Program-made: the position numbers and the translations under genes
DNA from: an uncultured Lachnospiraceae bacterium
Lineage (GTDB): Bacteria > Bacillota > Clostridia > Lachnospirales > Lachnospiraceae
Direction: 5' to 3'
DNA: 64,000 bases
NCBI GenBank assembly: GCA_947164605.1
Contig: CAMUXE010000007.1
Span: 31,419 to 95,418 of the forward strand
The notes under the pieces: generated by a model
Databases searched by the model: none
What the model saw: the letters and a program-made list of their open reading frames with translations, nothing else
What the model was told of the DNA's origin: nothing
Shown here: piece by piece, positions 1-8,202 of the stretch
Numbering within the stretch: the first letter of the stretch is position 1
Layout: each line of letters opens with the position of its first letter

Positions 1-239
1 CAAAAGAGATTAATCTAACCACAAAAGAATTTGAGCTTCTTGAGATTTTGGTTAAAAATCCTGGTAAAGCTTATTCTAGAGACCAGCTTCTAGAGATGGT
101 TTGGGGTAAGGAATATCCTGGTGATGCAAGAACTGTAGATGTTCATGTGAGAAGACTGAGAGAAAAAATAGAGGAGACACCTAGCACTCCAAGATATGTC
201 CATACCAGATGGGGTGTAGGTTATTATTATAATGAGTAA
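1..239 (+). CDS. OmpR/PhoB-family response regulator, C-terminal winged-helix fragment (5' end outside window)
   Basis: The frame is open from nt 3. It reads KEINLTTKEFELLEILVKNPGKAYSRDQLLEMVWG...RTVDVHVRRLREKIE...RWGVGY, a typical Trans_reg_C pattern. The stop overlaps the next start (ATGAGTAA). Confidence 0.9.
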   Translation, partial: KEINLTTKEFELLEILVKNPGKAYSRDQLLEMVWGKEYPGDARTVDVHVRRLREKIEETPSTPRYVHTRWGVGYYYNE

Positions 240-1779
240 TCAGAATAAGAAAAAATCTGTTTTAGTCAAAAATAAGCAAAGAAAAGTTAGCAGACTTAAC
301 AGTCATAGTGCTTTTAACACTAAGGAATTTAATAGCTTTATAAGAAGGCTAGTGAATTTTTTTACATCTTATAAGGCTAGTATTTTTATCTGTATCCTTA
401 TATGTGTCATGGCAATTTCTTATTTTTCAAAATCTGTGACTCAGTTAATTATAAGCAATGGAATCTATGATGCTGCCTTAGCTGAGGTGCAAACCAATGC
501 AGCGACTCTGGCAGGAGAATTTGACTCATATGAGGATTTTACAAGAGCTAAAGAGAACGATGTCTTTGATAATATTTTAAGAATTTCTGCTGTTAATATG
601 GTTAGAGTCCGTATTATAGACACTAATTACAAAATTATATATGACTCATATTACGTCGACTATGACAAAAATATTTTAAATTCAAACATAATTAATGCAA
701 TATCTACAAGAAAAAGTGCCTCTGATTTCAGCAGCAAGGATAATTGGATTTATGCCATATACCCAATTATCAACTCAAAGGATACATGTATTGGGGCTAT
801 TCTTTTGGATAAAGACACATCTCAACTTATAGATCCTAAGAATAAGGTAAATATAAGCATAAATTTTGCCAATATTGCGGCTATTGTCGTAATTATGTTC
901 CATGTCTATATCTTCTTAAGACACTTGAGCAAGAAGCCTATCAAGGCCTTTGAAATACTTGTTGACATTAAAAATGGTCATACTGACGAGAGAATACCTG
1001 TCAGTGGCAAAACTGAACTGAGAAAACTTGCCGGCATATTCAATAGCATAATGGATAAGTCGACAATTCTTGATCAAAGCCGACAGGAATTTGTATCAAA
1101 CGTTTCTCATGAGTTAAAGACTCCTATTACATCTATCAAAATCCTGGCCGATTCTCTAAATATGCAGGATGATGCTCCTGTTGAGATGTATAAGGAATTT
1201 ATGGGTGATATAACAAGTGAGATTGACCGTGAAAGTAAGATAATTGATGATCTTCTTAGTTTAGTTAGGATGGATAAGGCTGCGACTCAGCTAAATATAT
1301 CATCAGCTAATCTAAATGACATGTTAGAAATGACCTTAAAGAGACTTAAACCTATTGCTAAAAAGAAAAATGTTGAGCTTCTTTTCGAGAGTTTTAGACC
1401 AGTTATCGCTCAGGTAGATGAATCAAAGATTACCCAGGTTATCAGCAATATTGTTGAAAATGCGATTAAATACAATGTCAATGATGGTTGGGTTCATGTT
1501 TCTTTGAATGCCGATTATGAGTACTTTTTTATTAGAATCGAAGATTCAGGTATAGGTATTTCTGAGGAAGATCAGGCCCATATTTTCGAGAGATTCTACC
1601 GTGTAGATAAGGCCAGATCTAGAGAAACTGGAGGAACTGGTCTCGGTTTATCAATTGTCTCAAGCATAATCCTCTTACATCACGGTACAATTAAAGTCTA
1701 CAGTAACCTTGGTGAGGGAACAACATTTACCATCAGAATTCCTCTCACTTATAAGGGAAAGACAGAGAGTGAAAAGTAA
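232..1779 (+). CDS. Sensor histidine kinase (two TM segments, HisKA + HATPase_c)
   Basis: H-box SHELKTPITSI, N-box NAIKYN, G1 DSGIGI and G2 GGTGLGLSI are present. It is translationally coupled to the upstream response regulator. Confidence 0.9.
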   Translation: MSNQNKKKSVLVKNKQRKVSRLNSHSAFNTKEFNSFIRRLVNFFTSYKASIFICILICVMAISYFSKSVTQLIISNGIYDAALAEVQTNAATLAGEFDSYEDFTRAKENDVFDNILRISAVNMVRVRIIDTNYKIIYDSYYVDYDKNILNSNIINAISTRKSASDFSSKDNWIYAIYPIINSKDTCIGAILLDKDTSQLIDPKNKVNISINFANIAAIVVIMFHVYIFLRHLSKKPIKAFEILVDIKNGHTDERIPVSGKTELRKLAGIFNSIMDKSTILDQSRQEFVSNVSHELKTPITSIKILADSLNMQDDAPVEMYKEFMGDITSEIDRESKIIDDLLSLVRMDKAATQLNISSANLNDMLEMTLKRLKPIAKKKNVELLFESFRPVIAQVDESKITQVISNIVENAIKYNVNDGWVHVSLNADYEYFFIRIEDSGIGISEEDQAHIFERFYRVDKARSRETGGTGLGLSIVSSIILLHHGTIKVYSNLGEGTTFTIRIPLTYKGKTESEK

Positions 1780-1780
1780 T

Positions 1781-1840
1781 ATTATGAGAGATATTATGAG
1801 AAACATTATGAGAAATAATATAAGAAATAATATAAAAAAT
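1781..1840 (+). repeat. Five tandem 12-nt units (ATTATGAGARAY-like) at the 5' end of the GerM-like gene
   Basis: The units are attatgagagat / attatgagaaac / attatgagaaat / aatataagaaat / aatataaaaaat, encoding MRDIMRNIMRNNIRNNIKN. In-frame ATGs lie at 1784, 1796 and 1808. Confidence 0.85.
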
Positions 1841-2803
1841 TTTATAAATCAGCTTACTGCTTTTTTATACAAAAAGGCATTCTGGCGACAAGTATTAATC
1901 ATAGTCCTTATTTCTACTTTAATATTTCCACTTGGGGCTTGTGGTCTCAATTCGAAGGCTCGACGTTATATTGTCTATTATAGAAATATGGCATCGACAA
2001 AACTGATTGAAACAAATTATGACACAAAAACCACAGATAAAGAGACCCTTGTGAAGGAACTAATTGCCAGACTGGGAACAAAATCCAAGGAGAATGAAAT
2101 AGTTCAGCTAATTCCTGATAATTTGTCTGTCACCAATGTAGAAATTGATGGCAACAGGGTTTTGATCTATTTTGACAGCAAGTATCAAAGCTTAAAAAAC
2201 TCTGACGAGCTTCTTTTGCGCGCTGGACTAATCAAAACCTTAAGCCAAATTGATGATGTAAAGTACTTTTCTTTTTACGTAGATGGGGAGGACGCTAAAT
2301 ACAAGGATGGAAGTCTTATTGGTCTCCAATCTGAGGAAGATTTTGTTGATGAGAACTCTGATTCAATACCAACCGTAAAGTTTAGGGATGTTAATCTGTA
2401 TTTTGCAAATCAAAGCGGTGACGCCTTGGTCAAAAAGACCGAAACAGTCGCCTACAGCAAACAAACTCCAATAGAAAAAGTTATCGTTGAGCAGTTGATT
2501 AGAGGACCTGTAGATAATTCTATGAATGCCACACTCCCGCTTGATGTTAAACTCTTAAGTATTACAGTCAGCAACGGTGTCTGCTATGTAAATCTGAGTT
2601 CTAATTTCCTGACAGAGATGGTCAATGTGTCCAATGATATCCCAGTCTTTTCTATAGTTAATTCTTTAACCAGCCTAAGTAACATCGATTCTGTAAAGAT
2701 CCTTGTGAACGGTCAAAGTGCTAAGTTTTATAAAGAAACCATAAATCTTGATGTCAATTTTAAATACAATGAGGAGATTGTAGACAATAAGAGGGGGGAA
2801 TGA
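1784..2803 (+). CDS. GerM-domain lipoprotein-like protein
   Basis: TM/signal segment with a lipobox-like FPLGAC. The C-terminal half (VIVEQLIRGP...VCYVNLSSNF...ILVNGQ) resembles the GerM fold pattern. The ATG at 1784 is preferred over the track start 1709, which lies inside the kinase gene. Confidence 0.7.
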   Translation: MRDIMRNIMRNNIRNNIKNFINQLTAFLYKKAFWRQVLIIVLISTLIFPLGACGLNSKARRYIVYYRNMASTKLIETNYDTKTTDKETLVKELIARLGTKSKENEIVQLIPDNLSVTNVEIDGNRVLIYFDSKYQSLKNSDELLLRAGLIKTLSQIDDVKYFSFYVDGEDAKYKDGSLIGLQSEEDFVDENSDSIPTVKFRDVNLYFANQSGDALVKKTETVAYSKQTPIEKVIVEQLIRGPVDNSMNATLPLDVKLLSITVSNGVCYVNLSSNFLTEMVNVSNDIPVFSIVNSLTSLSNIDSVKILVNGQSAKFYKETINLDVNFKYNEEIVDNKRGE

Positions 2804-2806
2804 GAT

Positions 2807-5323
2807 TTGCGACCATTCTTAGGGTTAGCGGTCATATCAATGGCTGCTAACCTTTTAATCATATCATTTTTTGATGACAGACCTTGGATATTATTAATAA
2901 TTTTCCTTTTGGCTCTTTTAATTCAATTCTTAAAGATCAATTCATATGACCATAAATTCAGTTATCTAAATATCATTTTCCTAGTAATTCTCACACTTAT
3001 CATTTTCAAAAGTATCCAATACAAAAAAGCGCTCGAGACCATAGATATAGCCTATCCTGAAGGCAGGACCATAAGCCTTAGTGGAAGGATTGAGAGTATA
3101 AAACTAACTCAGTACGGAACAAGTATCAGCCTTAAATCTGATCAGATTCCTCTCGGCAAATGCTTACTTGTCGCTGATTTTCTTGATGAAAGCAAATTTT
3201 ATGCAGGAGTCAAGGTGAAAGTAAAGGGAGAAGTAAAAAGGATACTGCCTGCCATGAATGAAGGCTGCTTTAATCCAAGACAATACGCAAGTTCCCAAGG
3301 CCAAAGTATAAAGATAAAAGCTGATGGTCAATTGGAAATAGAGGAAAATGCGTCTTTTTTTTATCGCCTTGCAAACAAGCTTAAATTATATTGCAAAAAT
3401 AGTCTTGATAAGGAATTATCTAAAAAAGATGCGGGTCTTATGCAGACAATCCTTTTATCTGATAAGTCCCAACTTGACCAAGATACATATCTATTATATC
3501 AGGAAGCTGGAATAAGCCACCTACTTGCAGTATCGGGGCTACATATAAGTATAATAATTCTTGCCTTTTACAAATTCTTAAAGAAAATATCCCTAAGTCA
3601 TCTGGCTGCAATGTCCCTATCTATTATATTTCTTGCCGTCTATCTAATCATCACTTCAGGTTCTATATCAGCAAAGAGGGCCGGTCTTATGTGTATTATA
3701 TATATCTTATCCCAAAGCCTGGGCCGCTCAATGGACTTAATGACATCTCTAAGCCTAGCCTCTATTGTTTTGTTGATTGAAAATCCTTATGTTGCTTTAA
3801 ATGTAGGCTTTCAGTTTTCATTTCTTGCTCTTTGTGCCATCGCAATACTAAAACCCGTCCTAATGGCCTATATTAACCCTCTTTTAGATAATATGAAAGA
3901 AAACTTTTATATACACAGCGAGAAGCTGACCTTGATTCTAATCTATTTTACAAAGAGATTTACGGAGGCTTTCAGCATATCTTTAAGCATAATCATTTGC
4001 ACACTTCCTCTAATTGCCTACAATTATTATCAAACTTCACTTATTACAATAATAGTAAATTTAATTGTAATTCCTCTTATGACCTTATGTATTTTGTCTG
4101 CAATTATGGGTCTACTTCTTATGCCGATTAACCTAATCATATCTAGATTTATACTTGCGACCCTTCACTACATATTACTTTTTTATGAATTCTTATCAAA
4201 AATAGTCATAGAACTAGATTTATTTAAAATCTATTTTATAAGACCAGATATAAAAACCTTGCTAATCTACTATTCAATACTTTTACTCTTTTGTCTTATC
4301 AGTCTGAAAATTCAAAGACTCTACAAGTTGAAAATAATCAATTTCAAATTAAAAAAATCCAGAATAGAAATTCCGCTCACAATATTTTTCATAATTATTC
4401 TTATTCTAAAAATTGGTCCTAGCTTAGATTCTAAGGCTTATATGAGAAGCCTTTATGTAGGGCAGGGGGATTGTCATCTGATAGGCGACAATAAGACAAG
4501 TATAATGGTAGACTGTGGTTCATCTTCTATAGAAAACTTGGCCAAAAGTCAGATAGAGCCTTGTCTTCTCAGTTTAGGAATAAGAAGCATTGATTATGCC
4601 TTTATATCTCATTCAGATATGGACCATATAAGCGGATATTTGAGCCTGCTTTCTCCTAATTCCAAGATTAAGATAAAGAAAATCTTGATAGCTGACCTGG
4701 ATTACAGCCAAGATAAAAATATGCTCTTAATTATAGATGCGGCAAATGCTTCAAATACCCCAATTTACTACCTATCAGCTAATAGCCTTCTAAATTTAAG
4801 CAATGAATTTAGACTTAAATACTTATATCCAAGTAGTGACAGAGAAACAAATGATGGAGAAAGTCAGAATAGAGCAAAGAATGAAAATTCAGCTAGTTCT
4901 TATTCCAGCACCGATTATTCAAGTGGTGTTTATCCAAATAGAGATTATTCTAGCAACGATTATTCCAGAAACGATTATTCCAGCGTCTTCATGCTTGAAT
5001 ACAAGGATGAAACAAAAATCCTCTTTACAGGTGATGCCGGCTTTAAGACTGAAGAGAACTTATTATCAAATTATGACAATTTGAAAGCCGATATATTAAA
5101 GGTTGGACATCATGGAAGTGCAAGCTCAAGCAGTGAGGCCTTTTTAGAGAAGGTAATGCCAGATATAGGCCTAATAAGCGCTGGAATTAATAATATATAT
5201 GGCCACCCTTCTCAAAAAGTTTTAGAAAGATATGAAAAAATGGGTATTAAAGTTCGAGTGACCAAAGATGAGGGAGAAATCAAACTGAAAATTGGGAATA
5301 AAGTACCAAGTAAAAAAACTTAA
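2807..5323 (+). CDS. comEC: DNA internalization competence protein ComEC/Rec2 (polytopic membrane domain + C-terminal metallo-beta-lactamase domain)
   Basis: 838 aa with many TM helices, the ISHLLAVSGLHI competence motif, MBL motifs HSDMDHISG and GHHGS, and a putative TTG start 4 nt after the upstream stop. Confidence 0.9.
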   Translation: MRPFLGLAVISMAANLLIISFFDDRPWILLIIFLLALLIQFLKINSYDHKFSYLNIIFLVILTLIIFKSIQYKKALETIDIAYPEGRTISLSGRIESIKLTQYGTSISLKSDQIPLGKCLLVADFLDESKFYAGVKVKVKGEVKRILPAMNEGCFNPRQYASSQGQSIKIKADGQLEIEENASFFYRLANKLKLYCKNSLDKELSKKDAGLMQTILLSDKSQLDQDTYLLYQEAGISHLLAVSGLHISIIILAFYKFLKKISLSHLAAMSLSIIFLAVYLIITSGSISAKRAGLMCIIYILSQSLGRSMDLMTSLSLASIVLLIENPYVALNVGFQFSFLALCAIAILKPVLMAYINPLLDNMKENFYIHSEKLTLILIYFTKRFTEAFSISLSIIICTLPLIAYNYYQTSLITIIVNLIVIPLMTLCILSAIMGLLLMPINLIISRFILATLHYILLFYEFLSKIVIELDLFKIYFIRPDIKTLLIYYSILLLFCLISLKIQRLYKLKIINFKLKKSRIEIPLTIFFIIILILKIGPSLDSKAYMRSLYVGQGDCHLIGDNKTSIMVDCGSSSIENLAKSQIEPCLLSLGIRSIDYAFISHSDMDHISGYLSLLSPNSKIKIKKILIADLDYSQDKNMLLIIDAANASNTPIYYLSANSLLNLSNEFRLKYLYPSSDRETNDGESQNRAKNENSASSYSSTDYSSGVYPNRDYSSNDYSRNDYSSVFMLEYKDETKILFTGDAGFKTEENLLSNYDNLKADILKVGHHGSASSSSEAFLEKVMPDIGLISAGINNIYGHPSQKVLERYEKMGIKVRVTKDEGEIKLKIGNKVPSKKT

Positions 5324-5404
5324 TTTTTTTTGGAAATTTGTTATAATTATTAAGATACTTATAGATTGTTCTAGAAATATTTATTTTAACGGAGAGGTTA
5401 TTCA

Positions 5405-7201
5405 ATGAAAAAGAAACTAAAGAGATTAGCTTCAATATGCTTATGTAGCTTTTTCTTTGCGACAAGTGCACTTAATCCTATTGAGTATATAGAGGCATCT
5501 GTAACTCATAATTATTCAGAGTCATCATCTTATATTTTTGATCTCTACGATAATAATTTAGGATTTTATTATCAAATTTCAAATTCTAAGGCAAGTCTAA
5601 TAGCTCCAGAATATGATAATGCCAGTCTCACTCCAAGTGATCTGAGCCTTAAATCATTTATCAACGGTGCCAAATTGACTAAAATTGAAGATTATGCCTT
5701 AGCTGGATTGGATGGAACTAATAGCATAACAATTCCAAATACAGTTGAAAGTATTGGTAATTATGCCTTTATTCAAAACACATCCCTAACAAAAATAAAT
5801 CTTCCTGCAAGCCTTAGCAGTCTGGGAACTGTCCCATTTATAGACTGTCCTAGCCTTCAGTATATCAATGTGGATTCAAATAACCCATACTATACTTCTT
5901 ATGATGGCGCCTTATATACAAAGGATATGAAAACTTTGATAGCTTTGCCATCTGGCAGTCATTCATATACAATTCCTGAGGGAGTTGAAAGCATTGCTGA
6001 CTATGCAGCTTACAAAAACACTGCTTTGACTGAAATCAGAATACCAACAAGCATAAAATCCATAGGCCAGAATGCTTTTGATTCATGTATTAATCTCAAC
6101 ACTATACATTATGCGGCATCAAAAGCTCAGATTTCTACAGTATCAGGTATTAACTCAACTGGACTTGATTTAAATAAAATCACTTATAATGACTACATTA
6201 AGGTGGAGAGTATTATCTTCAATATTTATAACTCTCTTAGCTTAAAAGAGGGATCTACTTTGCAGATTACTCCTTCTATAAGTCCTATTGAGGCCACAGT
6301 TCAAGACTTGACATATTCTTCATCAAGACCAGAGATCATAGAAGTAACTGATAGTGGATTACTAAAAGCAAAGAGTATAGGACAGACTTATATAAGTGTT
6401 GTTACAAAAGATGGAAGTAATCTAACCTATACCTTTTTGTTAAAAGTTATAGCTAATCCTAATACTAGTGCTGCCACAACAGCAGCTACAACTAAAGCTA
6501 CTACAAAGGCTACAACAGCAGCCACTACAAAGGCTACAACAAAGGCCACTACAAAAGCAGCCACAACTAAGGCTACAACAAAGGCCCCAACTACAGCAGC
6601 CACTACAAAGGCTACAACAAAGGCCACTACAAAAGCAGCCACAACTAAGGCTACAACAAAGGCCCCAACTACTGCAGTAACTACAAAAGCTACAACTAAA
6701 GCCACAACCAAGGCTATAACTACAGCTGCTACTACTAAAGCCACAACTAAGGCCACAACTAAGGCTAGTGCTAATTATTCTTCAAATGACGAATACTTAA
6801 GTGCTAATGGTTTTAGTGTAAGTACTAACAATGTCAACAATAGTGTGGTAAAATGTATCTTAGCTGATACAAGTAAAACATCAACAAGTTTAATTATGTC
6901 TATACTTGACGATGATAGATTTATTCTTACATTTGCAAATACAAATAACAATCGAATTGGAACTGGTTCAACACTGGCTATCAATTCAAGCGTTAGTAAT
7001 GACAATTATGTGGTAATTGTTAAGGATGATATAAATGGTGATGGATTAATAAACATCTCAGATATAATGGTTCTCCAAAAGCATATTCTTCAAATCAAGG
7101 AATTTAATGAAGTAAATCGTTTAGCTCTTCAGAAACCATCTTCTAATCCAAATGTACTTGATATGCAGCGAGTTCAAAAAAGGATACTTGGTATTATATG
7201 A
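5405..7201 (+). CDS. Secreted surface protein: BspA-type leucine-rich repeats + Big_2 domain + Thr/Ala/Lys-rich linker + C-terminal dockerin-like module
   Basis: Signal peptide MKKKLKRLASICLCSFFFATSA. Repeated IP..V.SIG..AF..C..L..I units (LRR_5-like). Big_2-like LSLKEGSTLQITPSISP...VTDSGLLKAKSIGQTYISV. (ATTK)n linker. Dockerin Ca-loop DINGDGLINISDIMVLQKHIL. A GGAGAGG RBS is present. Confidence 0.85.
   Translation: MKKKLKRLASICLCSFFFATSALNPIEYIEASVTHNYSESSSYIFDLYDNNLGFYYQISNSKASLIAPEYDNASLTPSDLSLKSFINGAKLTKIEDYALAGLDGTNSITIPNTVESIGNYAFIQNTSLTKINLPASLSSLGTVPFIDCPSLQYINVDSNNPYYTSYDGALYTKDMKTLIALPSGSHSYTIPEGVESIADYAAYKNTALTEIRIPTSIKSIGQNAFDSCINLNTIHYAASKAQISTVSGINSTGLDLNKITYNDYIKVESIIFNIYNSLSLKEGSTLQITPSISPIEATVQDLTYSSSRPEIIEVTDSGLLKAKSIGQTYISVVTKDGSNLTYTFLLKVIANPNTSAATTAATTKATTKATTAATTKATTKATTKAATTKATTKAPTTAATTKATTKATTKAATTKATTKAPTTAVTTKATTKATTKAITTAATTKATTKATTKASANYSSNDEYLSANGFSVSTNNVNNSVVKCILADTSKTSTSLIMSILDDDRFILTFANTNNNRIGTGSTLAINSSVSNDNYVVIVKDDINGDGLINISDIMVLQKHILQIKEFNEVNRLALQKPSSNPNVLDMQRVQKRILGII
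6463..6765 (+). repeat. In-frame 12-nt periodic (ATTK)n coding repeat containing a near-perfect 78-bp tandem duplication (6518-6595 / 6596-6673)
   Basis: Read directly: gcagccactacaaaggctacaacaaaggccactacaaaagcagccacaactaaggctacaacaaaggccccaactac occurs twice head to tail. Confidence 0.9.
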
Positions 7202-8187
7202 TTTTAAATGATATTAAGATTAATCAATATCTTCCAGCATATGTGATATATGGCGATGAGCCATATATCATAGATCTGGATAAGAAAAAACTGATAAATG
7301 CTGTCATTGGAGATAACACAATGAACTATTCATATTTTGATAGTGACAGCGCCACATATGATTTAATAAAAGAAGCGGCGGATACTAGTCCATTTTTTGC
7401 CGATTACAGGCTAATAGTGGTCGAAGATACGTCGCTTCTTTCTAAACAAGCAGATAAGCTGATAAAATATTTGCCGCAAATTCCTTCGTCTACTATCTTG
7501 GTCTTTATTGAAAAGAAGATGGAGGTAAAAGCTGTTGAAAAGAATAAACTTTTCAAGGCTATTAAGGAGCTTGGCGGAGACAATAAAATCATGAAGTTGT
7601 CAGAGAATGATCTTTTGGCTTTTGTTGGAAATCGTTTAAGTAAAGCGGGAAAGAAAATCAAAAGTTCTGACGCCAAATATCTAATTAGCAAAGTGGGGGA
7701 CTCTCTTTACACACTCTACAATGAGACAGAAAAGCTTATTTCTTCCTGTAAGGATAAAGAAATAGTTGATATGTCTGATATTGACGCTGTCTGCGTTGAC
7801 CTTATAGAAAACAATATCTATGAGATTATTACATATGTTTTAAAAAATGATTCAAATAATGCATTGAGACTTTTCTACGATGCGATTGAATCAAAGGTTA
7901 ATTCACAAAGAATAATCAGCAATCTTTATTACCAGTTTAATGAGATGCTTCTTGTAAGAGATTTAAAAGATCGAAAAATGAGCCCTGCGGCTATCGCCAA
8001 GAAATTAGGTAAACCTTCTTTTATGTTAAAGAATGCGATGAACCTGACAAACATAGCCGATAAGCATCGTTTAAAATCTTCCTTAAGCCTTATTACAGAA
8101 GTTTTAGAGGAGATTAGATATGGTAATATAATTGATGAAAAAATAGGAGCTGAGATGCTGATAATAAAACTCAGCTCAATTAACTAA
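7198..8187 (+). CDS. holA: DNA polymerase III delta subunit
   Basis: 329 aa with N-terminal YVIYGDEPYIID-type motif. Its position between comEC and rpsT matches Bacillus synteny. The start overlaps the upstream stop (ATGA). Confidence 0.8.
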   Translation: MILNDIKINQYLPAYVIYGDEPYIIDLDKKKLINAVIGDNTMNYSYFDSDSATYDLIKEAADTSPFFADYRLIVVEDTSLLSKQADKLIKYLPQIPSSTILVFIEKKMEVKAVEKNKLFKAIKELGGDNKIMKLSENDLLAFVGNRLSKAGKKIKSSDAKYLISKVGDSLYTLYNETEKLISSCKDKEIVDMSDIDAVCVDLIENNIYEIITYVLKNDSNNALRLFYDAIESKVNSQRIISNLYYQFNEMLLVRDLKDRKMSPAAIAKKLGKPSFMLKNAMNLTNIADKHRLKSSLSLITEVLEEIRYGNIIDEKIGAEMLIIKLSSIN

Positions 8188-8202
8188 AAGTGAGGGCATT
8201 TT

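Noticed and set aside
1709-1783. Track start at 1709 for the GerM-like ORF (extends 70 nt into the kinase gene)
   Set aside because: The extension is read in a different frame across the kinase 3' end and encodes no signal sequence. The first ATG after the kinase stop (1784) begins the basic N-region, TM segment and lipobox.
4803-5084. 93-aa alternative-frame ORF inside comEC
   Set aside because: It is embedded in the conserved MBL domain coding frame. It has no RBS and is created by the low-complexity GATTATTC repeats.
6427-6756. 109-aa minus-strand ORF (ALVVALVV...) and 70-aa +2-frame ORF (6468-6680, LQQRPL...) inside the LRR protein linker
   Set aside because: Both are by-products of the 12-nt periodic ACNACNAARGCN repeat, which is open in several frames. 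They have no RBS and are pure low-complexity translations nested in a well-supported CDS.
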